DNA of 64,000 nucleotides from an uncultured Desulfobacteraceae bacterium (lineage in GTDB: Bacteria > Desulfobacterota > DSM-4660 > Desulfatiglandales > HGW-15): NCBI GenBank assembly GCA_964520425.1, contig CAZFMX010000002.1, forward strand, positions 36,809 through 100,808, read 5' to 3'. Position numbers and translations under genes: made by a program. Under the pieces are notes generated by a model. It was not told the DNA's origin and made no database searches. It saw nothing but the letters and a program-made list of their open reading frames with translations. Positions 8,723 through 20,155 of the stretch are shown piece after piece. Within the stretch, counting starts at the first letter, position 1, and each line of letters begins with the position of its first letter.

Positions 8723-11041
8723 TCACTCTTTTTCCCTCCACCAGACAGGTCCCTCTTTTGTGTCTATCACCTCGATACCCATGTCCTTCAGTTCTTGACG
8801 AATCCGATCTGCCGCTGCCCAATTCTTCTTTTTCCTGGCCTCTTCTCTCTCTTTTACCTGTTTCTCCACTTCTTCTGCTGGTTTAGAAGGCTCTAGATCC
8901 AGAATGTCCAGAACCAAGTTAAGTTCCTGAAGTCCCTCTTCCGCCTTCTGTTTGTCCGGAGTTGAGAGACCCTTTTGATCCATGACACAGTTGACCTCTC
9001 GTGTGAACTCGAAAAGCGATGCCAGGGCGAGAGCCATGTTCAGGTCATCGTCCATAGCTTCGATAAACTTATGTTTCAGATTGTAGAGCAGTTGATCCAT
9101 CTCCGGGTGATGGCCACCGGGAGAGGAGGACCGGAGCTTTTCGACAAACAGGTCCAGATGTACGACCGTATTCTTGGCTGCATTGAGGCTTGACCAAGAA
9201 AAAGATATGGGTTTTCGATAATGACGGTTAAGAAGCCAAAATCGGATCACCCTTCCGGTGTAACCTTGCTCCAGGATTCGCCTAATGGTATAGTCATCGT
9301 GATCGGAACCATGGGATGGCTTTTTCCCTTCAACCATCACCAGCTCATTGTGAAGCCAATAATGGGCAGGCGGTTTCCCGGTGACCGCCTCGCTGATGGC
9401 GATACTGTTTTCATGATGTGGAAAGATCAGGTCAGATCCACTCATATGTATATCATAGGTATCTCCCAGGAGCTTCATTGCCATGGCCGGGCATTCCAGG
9501 TGCCAGCTCGGCCGGATGTTTCCCCACTTGGTCTTGTAGAATATGCCTTTCTTCAGTTCATGGAGAGTGGCTCTCTTGAGAAGGGTAAAGTCCCGGGGAT
9601 TCTCTTTTTCATATTCTTCCAGATCCACTGTCTTTCCCAAACGAATCTTGTCAAGGTCTATCTTGGAAAGCTTCCCATAATCTGCGAATCGAGATATGTC
9701 GAAATACACAGATCGCAATTTTTCATAGGCGTATCCCTTGTCCATGAGTTTCTGGGCTACTCTGATCATGTCCTCCACATACTCGCTGGCCTTGGGATAC
9801 TCTGAAGCCCTCTTGATTCTCAGGATATCTAGGTCTCTTAGGAACTCCTGATAGAAACCTTCTGTAAAATCCTTGAGGGATTGGCCTGCCTTATCTGCCC
9901 CTTCTATAGTACGATCATCCAGATCCGTTACATTCATGATGTGGGTGACATTAAACCCCTTGAACTCCAGATAGCGCCTTAATACATCTGAAAAGACAAG
10001 ACGTCGGCTTTGCCCAATATGAATCAACTGGCAGAGAGTGGGGCCACACGTATAGATCTTAATCCTTTTTTCAAGAATCGGGACAAACTCCTCTTTTTTT
10101 CGCGTCATCGTGTTGTATAGGCTTATTCCCGATTTTTCTTTGGCCACAAAAAGTGGGGTACTGAGATACCTCTCTCCTCCATCAGGCAGAATGACAACGA
10201 TCCGGCCTTGTTTCATTTCCTTGGCAATCTTCAGGGAAATGGCCATGGCCGCTCCCGAGCTCATGCCCACAAACATCCCCTCTTCTTTGGCCAACATCCT
10301 GGCCATGTGATAGGCCTCTTCGTCTTCAATATTGATTATCTGATCCGCCCGGCTCTTTTCAAATATCCCAGGGCAGTAGGATTCCTTCATGTTTTTCAGG
10401 CCTTGGATCTTATGCCCCAGGTAGGGCTCCACACCCACGATTTCCACTGACGGTTTAAGCTCCTTGAAGCGTCTTGAAAGCCCCATTAGAGTCCCTGTGG
10501 TTCCCATGGTGGCAACAATCACATCCAGATTCCCGTTGGTCTGCTCCCAAATTTCCGATGCCGTCCCATAATAATGGGCTCTCCAATTTGCTTCATTGTT
10601 GAATTGGTCGGCCAGCCAATATTTCTCGGGTTCTTCCCGAATCAGATTGTAGACAAACTCAATGGCCCCGTCTGTCCCCAGATGAGTAGGTGTAAAGACT
10701 AAATCCGCGCCCATAGCTCGCAGGACCTTTTTTCGCTCTTCACTGACCGCCTCAGACATGACCAAAAGGATCCGGTACCCCTTGACCGCTGCGATGAGAG
10801 ACAGCCCAATCCCAGTATTCCCGCTGGTAGCCTCAAGGATAACCTTCTCCTTTGTCAGCTGTCCCCTCCTTTCCCCTTCCTCAATCATATTTAGGGCGGG
10901 TCGGTCTTTGATGGAGCCACCCGGGTTGAAAGACTCCAGTTTTGCCAAAATTTGGACATCCTTGTTAGAGTTCAGCCGTTTGATGGGAACCAGCGGTGTC
11001 CCGCCAATATGGTCAAGGATATTTCCTAGCTTCTTTGCCAT
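8723..11041 (-). CDS. cysM-cysS: Fusion of a PLP-dependent cysteine synthase (CysM/CysK family) and a cysteinyl-tRNA synthetase
   Basis: N-terminal ~300 aa: SIKDR, EATSGNTG, GTTGT, GMSSG, PDGGERYLS. C-terminal part: CGPT..HIGQ, NVTDLDD, RPSWHLEC, DLIFPHHEN, AMDDDLN and the anticodon-domain motif ADRIRQEL. One uninterrupted ORF. Confidence 0.93.
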   Translation of the reverse strand: MAKKLGNILDHIGGTPLVPIKRLNSNKDVQILAKLESFNPGGSIKDRPALNMIEEGERRGQLTKEKVILEATSGNTGIGLSLIAAVKGYRILLVMSEAVSEERKKVLRAMGADLVFTPTHLGTDGAIEFVYNLIREEPEKYWLADQFNNEANWRAHYYGTASEIWEQTNGNLDVIVATMGTTGTLMGLSRRFKELKPSVEIVGVEPYLGHKIQGLKNMKESYCPGIFEKSRADQIINIEDEEAYHMARMLAKEEGMFVGMSSGAAMAISLKIAKEMKQGRIVVILPDGGERYLSTPLFVAKEKSGISLYNTMTRKKEEFVPILEKRIKIYTCGPTLCQLIHIGQSRRLVFSDVLRRYLEFKGFNVTHIMNVTDLDDRTIEGADKAGQSLKDFTEGFYQEFLRDLDILRIKRASEYPKASEYVEDMIRVAQKLMDKGYAYEKLRSVYFDISRFADYGKLSKIDLDKIRLGKTVDLEEYEKENPRDFTLLKRATLHELKKGIFYKTKWGNIRPSWHLECPAMAMKLLGDTYDIHMSGSDLIFPHHENSIAISEAVTGKPPAHYWLHNELVMVEGKKPSHGSDHDDYTIRRILEQGYTGRVIRFWLLNRHYRKPISFSWSSLNAAKNTVVHLDLFVEKLRSSSPGGHHPEMDQLLYNLKHKFIEAMDDDLNMALALASLFEFTREVNCVMDQKGLSTPDKQKAEEGLQELNLVLDILDLEPSKPAEEVEKQVKEREEARKKKNWAAADRIRQELKDMGIEVIDTKEGPVWWREKE

Positions 11042-11364
11042 GGGTTTCTCTCCGCGACTGTTGCAAAAGAGGCGATTCTGTAGAGTTATAATAATAACCC
11101 CTTCTTTGCAATAGTGAATTTATCTTAGTTTCCGTCCTGCGTGAACCAAGGTCCACTGCGATACTCTCTTTCTCTCACATTCGCTCGGTCGCCAGGCACT
11201 GAGATGACAGAGGTCATAGAGGACACAGACGGGTCTGACGTCCAAAGGCGCTCCTGACAGGAGCCCTCCCTTGCAGCTCTTCGCCTCAAACCACTGAAAA
11301 GAAAACGACGAAGGAAATAATTCTTGGACTCAGAATCTAAAACACGCTAAGTGGCTACAATCCC

Positions 11365-11392
11365 TTGACTTTCATATTATAATAGCAATAAT
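11365..11392 (+). promoter_or_regulatory. Possible sigma70 promoter
   Basis: TTGACT-16 bp-AATAAT, about 50 bp upstream of the epimerase start. Confidence 0.35.
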
Positions 11393-11439
11393 ACAGCCAT
11401 TCGAGATTTGTCAGACTACTTTTAACGGGAGGGTTTTTC

Positions 11440-12399
11440 ATGAAGATCATGGTAAGCGGAGGAGCGGGGTTTATCGGGTCCAATGTGGTAGACACGTATG
11501 TACGGGCAGGATATCAGGTGGCAGTAGTGGACGACCTTTCCAGCGGCAAGAAGGAAAATGTCCATCCGGAGGCGAATTTTTACGAGACGGACATCCGTTC
11601 CGAGGAGATGGACGGCATCTTCGAACTTGAGCGTCCCGATGTCTTGAACCACCACGCCGCACAGATCAGTGTCCCAGCATCCGTCTCTGATCCACTCTTG
11701 GACGCAGATATCAACATAAAAGGTTTTCTAAATCTTCTAGAAAAGGCTGTAAAATATCGAGTCAAAAAATGTATCTTTATCTCATCCGGAGGAGCCATCT
11801 ATGGTGAGGCCGATGAATATCCCACCTCCGAAACCTATCTGCCCAAACCCCTTTCGCCATACGCAGTTGCCAAATTCGCATCCGAGTACTATCTTGCCTA
11901 TTACAAACACCAGTATGGCCTTAGTTTTACAACCCTGCGATATGCCAATGTCTATGGCCCACGCCAAATACCCCATGGGGAGGCAGGGGTCGTGGCCATT
12001 TTCATGAATAATCTCCTTAATAGGAAGCCCTGCACTCTCAATCATTTCCCTGAAGATCCCAAGGGCATGATCCGGGATTACTGTTATGTGGGCGATGTGG
12101 CGGAGGCAAGCCTACTGGCCCTGAACAAAGGAAATGGTGATTTCTTCAATATCGGGACCGGTATAGAGACAAAGACGTTGGGGCTTTATCGGATCATCTA
12201 TGAGACTGTTCGGGAAATACGTCCTGATTTGCCCGAGGAACTGGCCGTGCCGGCGACAGCGTTGGCCCGACCGGGTGATGTGAAACGGAGTTGTCTCAAG
12301 GTAGAAAAGGCCGAAAATGGACTGGGTTGGCACCCCAAAACTGACCTGAGAGAAGGGATTCGGCAAACCCTTAAGTGGTGGGCTGGTGCATTCGAGTAA
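11440..12399 (+). CDS. NAD-dependent epimerase/dehydratase (UDP-glucose 4-epimerase-like)
   Basis: GGAGFIG, HHAAQ, SSGGAIYG, YAVAK (YxxxK), RYANVYGPRQ; GGAGG SD. Confidence 0.9.
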   Translation: MKIMVSGGAGFIGSNVVDTYVRAGYQVAVVDDLSSGKKENVHPEANFYETDIRSEEMDGIFELERPDVLNHHAAQISVPASVSDPLLDADINIKGFLNLLEKAVKYRVKKCIFISSGGAIYGEADEYPTSETYLPKPLSPYAVAKFASEYYLAYYKHQYGLSFTTLRYANVYGPRQIPHGEAGVVAIFMNNLLNRKPCTLNHFPEDPKGMIRDYCYVGDVAEASLLALNKGNGDFFNIGTGIETKTLGLYRIIYETVREIRPDLPEELAVPATALARPGDVKRSCLKVEKAENGLGWHPKTDLREGIRQTLKWWAGAFE

Positions 12400-12461
12400 T
12401 GGATATTCCAGGGGTTGAATAGAAACGTGAAAGAGGAATAGTAGTTTTTTCTTGCCCCCTC

Positions 12462-12489
12462 TTGACATTTCCAATGGAATTATTAGCTT
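12462..12489 (+). promoter_or_regulatory. Possible sigma70 promoter upstream of groES
   Basis: TTGACA-16 bp-TAGCTT, about 245 bp upstream of groES. Confidence 0.4.
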
Positions 12490-12734
12490 TTTCCAGTCTT
12501 AGACCTGAAGGCGGGAAGAGATCTATCCGCCACATAAAATTGAATATATATACCTCCCTAAGGTAAATACCCCCGTAAATCCATGGCCTTCACAAGCCCC
12601 TGTTTTCGGGACATCATTTAGACTGACGGGGATAACCGTTTAGCGGTGACAGTTTATTGAAGGAGTTGAAGATTTGTCTTTTTGTTTCAATAAAACCCAC
12701 ATTTTATTACTGACATCAGGAGGAGATATCGAAA

Positions 12735-13022
12735 ATGAAGATCAAACCATTGCATGACCGAGTTATTGTATCCAGAATTGAGGAGCAAGAGACAACCAAA
12801 GGGGGTATCATTATCCCGGATACCGCAAAAGAAAAACCTGCCGAGGGGAAGATCACGGCCGTGGGCGACGGCAAAACCCTTGAAAACGGCGAAAAGCAAG
12901 CTCTTGTAGTCAAAGTAGGTGATCGGGTCCTGTTCGGGAAGTATGCCGGAACCGAAATCACCATAGACGGAGAAGAACAGCTGATCATGAGAGAAGACGA
13001 CATCATTGCTATCGTGGAATAA
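12735..13022 (+). CDS. groES: Co-chaperonin GroES
   Basis: [37 protein letters not shown]; AGGAGG SD. Confidence 0.98.
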   Translation: MKIKPLHDRVIVSRIEEQETTKGGIIIPDTAKEKPAEGKITAVGDGKTLENGEKQALVVKVGDRVLFGKYAGTEITIDGEEQLIMREDDIIAIVE

Positions 13023-13060
13023 GCTGCATGATGGCCCAATTAAAACCCGATTACTATTAA

Positions 13061-14740
<1,680 letters not shown>

Positions 14741-14791
14741 TACCCTTGACGCATAGACCGCTGGACAAAATCCAAACCGTATTGTAAAATT

Positions 14792-14833
14792 AGATTGTAT
14801 CTGGAAGGACACTTCCGGGTACAATCTTTTTTT
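14792..14833 (+). terminator. Rho-independent terminator of groESL
   Basis: AGATTGTATCTGGAAG-gaca-CTTCCGGGTACAATCT (16 bp, two G-U pairs) followed by a T run. Confidence 0.8.
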
Positions 14834-14855
14834 GTTAAAAAAAGGAAGGAATTCT

Positions 14856-15827
14856 ATGAACGAGAATAATCTTCCGACCATATTGGTGACAGGAGCAGCC
14901 GGGTTCATTGGGTTCCATCTCAGCAGGGGACTTTTAGAAAAAGGATACCGGGTCATCGGTTTAGACAGCATGAATGAGTACTATGATGTCTCTCTGAAGA
15001 AATCCCGTCTTGAGATTCTAAAACCCTATCCGGATTTCGTATTCTGTAAAGAAGACATTCAAAATCTGTCCGGGCTCAAGAAGATCTTTCAGACCCACAC
15101 CATTGATAGGGTCTGCAATCTAGCCGCCCAGGCTGGTGTAAGATATTCTCTGGAAGATCCGTTTTCTTATCAAAAAAGCAACCTGGAAGGATTTCTCAAT
15201 CTTCTTGAAATGGCCCGTGAATACCAGGTTCAGAATTTTGTCTATGCCTCATCCTCCTCTGTCTATGGAAGCAACGAAAAGACCCCGTTTAGCGTGGAAG
15301 ATCGGGTGGACACACCCGTTTCCCTGTATGCTGCCACTAAAAAAGCCAATGAATTGATGGCTCACGCCTACCATCATCTGTTTGGTTTCCCCTGTACGGG
15401 CCTAAGATTTTTTACCGTCTATGGACCGTGGGGCCGTCCGGATATGGCCCTTTTTCTCTTTACGGACGCCATTGTGAACAACAGACCCATCGATGTCTAC
15501 AATTACGGCCGGATGCGACGGGATTTCACTTATATAGATGATATTGTCGACGGCACCATAGCCGCTATTGAAAAGCCTCATGCCTATGAGGTCTTTAATC
15601 TGGGGAACTCCAATACTACCGAGCTTATGGAGTTTATTCGGGTCATTGAAGAGGAACTGGGGATGGAAGCAGAAAAGAATATGATGCCCCTCCAGCCAGG
15701 GGACGTGCCGGCCACATCAGCAGATATCCAGAAATCAAAGGAGATGCTGGGATTCAGTCCTAAGACATCTATTCGGGAGGGGGTTCACAATTTCTTGGTC
15801 TGGTACCGGGGATATTATAAAGTCTAA
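14856..15827 (+). CDS. NAD-dependent epimerase (UDP-glucuronate 4-epimerase-like)
   Basis: GAAGFIG, LAAQAGVRYS, YAATK, RFFTVYGPWGRPDMA. Start moved to ATG 14856, which follows a GGAAGGA SD. Confidence 0.9.
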   Translation: MNENNLPTILVTGAAGFIGFHLSRGLLEKGYRVIGLDSMNEYYDVSLKKSRLEILKPYPDFVFCKEDIQNLSGLKKIFQTHTIDRVCNLAAQAGVRYSLEDPFSYQKSNLEGFLNLLEMAREYQVQNFVYASSSSVYGSNEKTPFSVEDRVDTPVSLYAATKKANELMAHAYHHLFGFPCTGLRFFTVYGPWGRPDMALFLFTDAIVNNRPIDVYNYGRMRRDFTYIDDIVDGTIAAIEKPHAYEVFNLGNSNTTELMEFIRVIEEELGMEAEKNMMPLQPGDVPATSADIQKSKEMLGFSPKTSIREGVHNFLVWYRGYYKV

Positions 15828-15902
15828 TCCGCGTTCGAGGTTTAGTCTTCTCTGTTCACAAGATTCGAAGTTTCCCGCCGATAATCATGTAGGATTTAGA
15901 GG

Positions 15903-16094
15903 CTAGTTGAAAAGCAAAGTCTTTAACTGTTTGAGATCCTTCCTCAACACAACAGCACAAGTGAATATGACCATGGCAACAGTCCAGATCCCGATGGCTG
16001 CCCAATTGTGAAAAACATCCCAGACAGCACCGGCCCCCACAAAGCCAGGGATAATCATCACAATGGCCTTACCGAGCATCCGCGGAATATCCAT
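15903..16094 (-). CDS. Small two-TM membrane protein of unknown function
   Basis: 63 aa with two hydrophobic stretches, a strong AGGAGG SD, and no overlap with neighbouring genes. Confidence 0.7.
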   Translation of the reverse strand: MDIPRMLGKAIVMIIPGFVGAGAVWDVFHNWAAIGIWTVAMVIFTCAVVLRKDLKQLKTLLFN

Positions 16095-16181
16095 ATCTTC
16101 CCTCCTGAAGTAACAACTTTCACTTTGATCCGCTATTTATCATAAACCGAGGAGAATGGCTAGGGAAAACGAGATCCCGTC

Positions 16182-17129
16182 TTATCTTCCGCTTTTCATA
16201 TCTTCTGCCGCTTTCCGGAAAAGCCTCCCCTGCCATGTATCTCTCTCTTCCAGCCGCCTTCTGATACGCTCCAGAGTATCAGATTTATGTTTGGTCCATA
16301 AAGGGGCTATCAGTTCCTCCGCTGCAGGATCTCCTGTGAGTCTTTGGATCACCATCTCTGAAGGCAGACATTCCAGAACATCCACCACCAGGTCCACATA
16401 GGTCTCTTTTTCCAGACACTGATATTCCCCCTTTTTATACAGCGACGCCAAAGGTGTATCCTTCACAATGTAAAGGAGGTGGATTTTGACACCGTCTGTT
16501 GGCAACCTTCCGAGGAACCGTGCGGTTTGAAGCATCATATCCCGAGTCTCTCCCGGAAGGCCCAAAATAATATGGGCGCAGACATTCAACCCGTACTCTT
16601 TTGCCATGTGCACACTCTTCTCAAAACAGGCCACATCATGTCCCCTGTTGATCCTAGTAAGGGTGACATCATGGGCCGATTGAAGCCCATATTCGATCCA
16701 CACCATGTGGTCCTTTTGATACGACCCTAGGAGTTGCAAGACCTCCTTAGTAACGCAATCGGGCCTTGTAGCCACGGATAGCCCCACCATGTCGGGATGC
16801 TCCAGGGCTTGATCGTACAATTCCTTTAGTTGCGAAAAGGGTGCATAGGTATTGGTGAAAGACTGGAAATAGGGCATGAACTTCCTGGCTCCGTAACGGC
16901 TGCCCAGGTATTCCCGACCTCTATCAATCTGCTCAATAATTGAAAGGCTATGATTGATCATAGCCCCGGTGCCTGAACCTCGGGAGTCACAGTAAATGCA
17001 GCCTTTGTCGGAAATGGTCCCATCCCGATTCGGGCACGAAAAACCTGCGTCCAGGGGGATTTTCTGAACCCGCTCTCCGAATATTTCTCTTAGATAATTA
17101 TTAATATCGCGATATCTTTTCACATCCAC
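16182..17129 (-). CDS. TIGR01212/YhcC-family radical SAM protein
   Basis: GFSCPNRDGT..GCIYC cluster motif, YFQSFTNTY, ATRPDC, EYGLQS, HIILGLPGE; GTG start. Confidence 0.9.
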   Translation of the reverse strand: MDVKRYRDINNYLREIFGERVQKIPLDAGFSCPNRDGTISDKGCIYCDSRGSGTGAMINHSLSIIEQIDRGREYLGSRYGARKFMPYFQSFTNTYAPFSQLKELYDQALEHPDMVGLSVATRPDCVTKEVLQLLGSYQKDHMVWIEYGLQSAHDVTLTRINRGHDVACFEKSVHMAKEYGLNVCAHIILGLPGETRDMMLQTARFLGRLPTDGVKIHLLYIVKDTPLASLYKKGEYQCLEKETYVDLVVDVLECLPSEMVIQRLTGDPAAEELIAPLWTKHKSDTLERIRRRLEERDTWQGRLFRKAAEDMKSGR

Positions 17130-17206
17130 AGCTCCTAATAGACAGAAACATACACAGATGTTGTTTTAAGAGTAATAGTTTAGCTTCTTGAAAAAATGTG
17201 TAGCTA

Positions 17207-17427
17207 AATGGGGGTTCGGGGATCTCTTGAATGGAGCGAACTTGATTCAGTGGACCTTGATCCGCAGGCATCCAGAGCTTGGCGGGCGGATGACTATAGC
17301 CAAAATGTGCTGGAAGTACAGACGTTCGCACTGCCAAAAAACAACCCGCCGCCCGCCTAGGCGGCAACGGATAATGCACTGCTTATCAGCACTTTCGCTC
17401 CTGGAAAGAGATTACCGAGCCCCCATT
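17207..17427. repeat. ~220-bp nested imperfect palindrome (rod-like hairpin)
   Basis: Collinear nested arms: 17207-17228/17406-17427, 17233-17240/17394-17401, 17248-17252/17377-17381, 17260-17264/17368-17372 and 17281-17289/17349-17357. Confidence 0.7.
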
Positions 17428-17561
17428 CAACCAGGCCTCTAAAAATCCAAGCCGATAACTAAGATTAAGAATAGGGGCAAGCTTTCTCAAAGTCAAATGC
17501 TGTGAATAGGTCGTTCTGGAATATGCAGCCTCTAATAGAAGAGACTGTGGGTTTGAAATAC

Positions 17562-17601
17562 AAAAAAGGGGGTGTTACACTAAATTGTGTAACACCCCCT
17601 T
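17562..17601 (-). terminator. Rho-independent terminator of hppA
   Basis: Perfect AAGGGGGTGTTACAC/GTGTAACACCCCCTT stem with a T run on the minus strand, 25 bp past the stop. Confidence 0.85.
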
Positions 17602-17625
17602 CGTATCGAAACGAGTTGGTTTCTA

Positions 17626-19836
17626 TTAGAAGTGGATGGCGTAGAGCACCGGCGCGATGATCATGGCCACTATACTGATCAATTTGATCAGGATGTTGAG
17701 CGACGGTCCGGATGTGTCCTTAAAAGGATCGCCTACGGTATCGCCGGTCACAGTCGCCTTGTGCATCTCATCATACTCATCACCCCACTTTTCATGGCCT
17801 TCATCCTTGACCTGCTTCTTGGAATTGTCCCAGGCGCCTCCTGCGTTGGCCTGAAAGACGGCCAGGCAGACGCCGGAGATGGTTACACCGATGAGCAAGC
17901 CGCCGAGCATGTCGGGATTGATGATGCCAACGATGACCGGCGTCAAGACGGCGATCAGTCCCGGGGCCACCATCTTCCTGACCGCGGCCTGAGTGGAGAT
18001 ATCCACACACTGGGTGTACTCGGCCTTCCCGTCAGCGGCCGTAATGATCTTGGCCTCTTCGTCGGTGGGGTTTCTTTCTTCGCTCTCCGCTCTTTGAGCA
18101 GCCTCAAGAGCCGGTCGAAGCTCGGGGATGTCACGAAACTGACGACGCACCTCCTGAATCATATCGCTCGCTGCCTTACCCACGGCCACCATGGCCATGG
18201 CTGAGAAACGGAAGGGAAGCATGCACCCGAGAAGCAGACCCACCAGGACAATGGGATTGGATGCATCGAGATCGACCTTGCCGCCCATCTTCGTCAGATA
18301 GGCGCTGGTCATAGCCAGGGCTGTGAGGGCCGCCGAACCAATGGCAAACCCCTTACCAATGGCCGCGGTGGTGTTGCCCACGGCATCGAGTCTGTCGGTG
18401 CGAGCTCGGACTTCCCTGCCTAACTGGGACATCTCGGCAATACCACCGGCATTGTCAGCCACCGGGCCATAGGCATCTACGGCAAGCTGGATACCCGTTG
18501 TACAGAGCATACCCACGGCCGAGAGGGCCACGCCGTATAGCCCTGCCATGGAGTAGGCGATCAGGATGGCTCCGCATATCAGGAAGACTGGAATGGTCGT
18601 GGAGTTCATGCCCACGGCGATCCCTTGAATGATCGTGGTGGCCGGACCCGTCTTGGAGGCCTCCACAATGGTCCCTACAGGTCTCTTCTCCGTGGCTGTA
18701 TAGTATTCCGTGACAAAGCCGATACACATGCCTGCAACAAGACCGGCAACAATGGCGATAAAGATTCCCCACCATTGATAGGTGACCGCCTTGCCGGAAA
18801 TGACACCGGTCACGGTGATTGCGTCGCTGGGAAGGAGCCATTGAATAGCGAAAAAAGTAAAGATGACCATGAGAATCCCTGCAATGGTGGTCCCCATATT
18901 GAGGGCTGTCTGCGGATTACCGCCTTCCCCGGTCCTGACAAAGAAGGTGCCGATGATGGAGGCGACGATGCCGACCACGGCGATGGCCAGGGGCAGATAG
19001 ACGCCGTTCATTCCGTTTCCGCCCGCACTCGCGATCCCGGTAAACCAGACGGCCCCGAGGATCATGGAGGAGACGATGGCCCCGATATAGGACTCAAAAA
19101 GGTCCGCACCCATGCCGGCCACGTCACCTACGTTATCCCCCACATTGTCGGCAATGGTCGCTGGGTTCAAGGGGTGATCCTCAGGAATACCGGCTTCAAC
19201 CTTACCCACGAGGTCCGCACCGACATCAGCGGCCTTGGTGTAGATACCGCCACCCACACGGGCAAAGAGTGCGATGGAAGACGCACCCAGAGAGAAGCCG
19301 GCAAGGATATTGAGAACAAGTGTCATCACTGTTGTGTCCGTAACCGATTCAGGATACATTACCGTGTAGACAATGAACAAAACGCTGAGGCCCAATAGGC
19401 CAAGTCCCACCACACAGAGTCCCATCACCGCGCCACCGGAAAAGGCCACCTGGAGAGCCGGGTTCAGGCCGTCCCGAGCTGCGGCCGTGGTGCGGACGTT
19501 GGCCTTAGTAGCCACCTTCATACCGATCCAGCCAGCGCTTCCTGAGCAGAGGGCGCCCAGAACAAAAGACAGCGCAATGAATGCATTGGAATCTTCCAAG
19601 CCCGCATTACTTACTCCCAGTAGAATCGCCACACAGACCACGAAAATCCCGAGATACTTGTACTCTGTTTTCAGGAACGCCAGGGCCCCATCGGAAACCC
19701 ATCCTGCGATCTTCTGCATCTTGTCATTGCCAGGATCCTGCTTCCCCACCCAACTCGCCTTTATGAATGCGTAAACCAGGGCAGCCAGTGCTGCGATCGG
19801 CGGGACAAAATAGAAAAGTCCATTTTCTCCGAACAT
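17626..19836 (-). CDS. hppA: Membrane-bound K+-dependent ion-translocating pyrophosphatase (probably Na+-pumping)
   Basis: [66 protein letters not shown]; about 16 hydrophobic segments. Confidence 0.96.
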   Translation of the reverse strand: MFGENGLFYFVPPIAALAALVYAFIKASWVGKQDPGNDKMQKIAGWVSDGALAFLKTEYKYLGIFVVCVAILLGVSNAGLEDSNAFIALSFVLGALCSGSAGWIGMKVATKANVRTTAAARDGLNPALQVAFSGGAVMGLCVVGLGLLGLSVLFIVYTVMYPESVTDTTVMTLVLNILAGFSLGASSIALFARVGGGIYTKAADVGADLVGKVEAGIPEDHPLNPATIADNVGDNVGDVAGMGADLFESYIGAIVSSMILGAVWFTGIASAGGNGMNGVYLPLAIAVVGIVASIIGTFFVRTGEGGNPQTALNMGTTIAGILMVIFTFFAIQWLLPSDAITVTGVISGKAVTYQWWGIFIAIVAGLVAGMCIGFVTEYYTATEKRPVGTIVEASKTGPATTIIQGIAVGMNSTTIPVFLICGAILIAYSMAGLYGVALSAVGMLCTTGIQLAVDAYGPVADNAGGIAEMSQLGREVRARTDRLDAVGNTTAAIGKGFAIGSAALTALAMTSAYLTKMGGKVDLDASNPIVLVGLLLGCMLPFRFSAMAMVAVGKAASDMIQEVRRQFRDIPELRPALEAAQRAESEERNPTDEEAKIITAADGKAEYTQCVDISTQAAVRKMVAPGLIAVLTPVIVGIINPDMLGGLLIGVTISGVCLAVFQANAGGAWDNSKKQVKDEGHEKWGDEYDEMHKATVTGDTVGDPFKDTSGPSLNILIKLISIVAMIIAPVLYAIHF

Positions 19837-19980
19837 AGAATTACCTCCTTTAGTTTAATGTCCTTCTCCCCTCCCTTTGTTGATGAAAAGAGTTGAGGAA
19901 ACGATACGTTACAGTGGAAGCCAGTCTACGAATAGTACTCAATCATCGATAGCAATCCACATTTATCCAAAAAATGGGAT

Positions 19981-20009
19981 ATCATCCTACGGAAGGGATT
20001 TCTTGTCAA
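19981..20009 (-). promoter_or_regulatory. Possible sigma70 promoter of hppA
   Basis: Minus strand TTGACA-17 bp-GATGAT. Confidence 0.45.
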
Positions 20010-20155
20010 GTCAAATTGTGAAATAATGTACAATCCAAATATATTATCAATGAATTCGCTAAAAAAGAGGAGAAACATCGAGATGTTTTCGGGATAAGCA
20101 CACCCTTGTTTTTATTTATTTTAGTTATATTCAAATAAACTAACTATGATGAGGT

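Noticed and set aside
11150-11330. Hairpin-rich leader upstream of the CysM-CysRS fusion as a T-box or SAM riboswitch
   Set aside because: No T-box GGTGGNACC sequence, no SAM-I core and no terminator before the start; the short hairpins and CACAGAG-like tracts look like a degenerate repeat.
12600-12734. CIRCE operator before groES
   Set aside because: TTAGCGGTG is only a partial half-site and has no inverted partner.
17345-17365. GCCGCCCGCCTAGGC resembling the ZTP riboswitch 3' hairpin
   Set aside because: The 5' GACTGGCG half is absent, no gene follows on that strand, and the segment is explained by the local inverted repeat.
17188-17442. 84-aa plus ORF and 92-aa minus ORF over the palindrome
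   Set aside because: Products look random, have no SD and coincide with the inverted-repeat element.
17632-19774. Long plus-strand ORFs (190, 257 and 133 aa) inside hppA
   Set aside because: Antisense shadows favoured by high GC3; no domain motifs.
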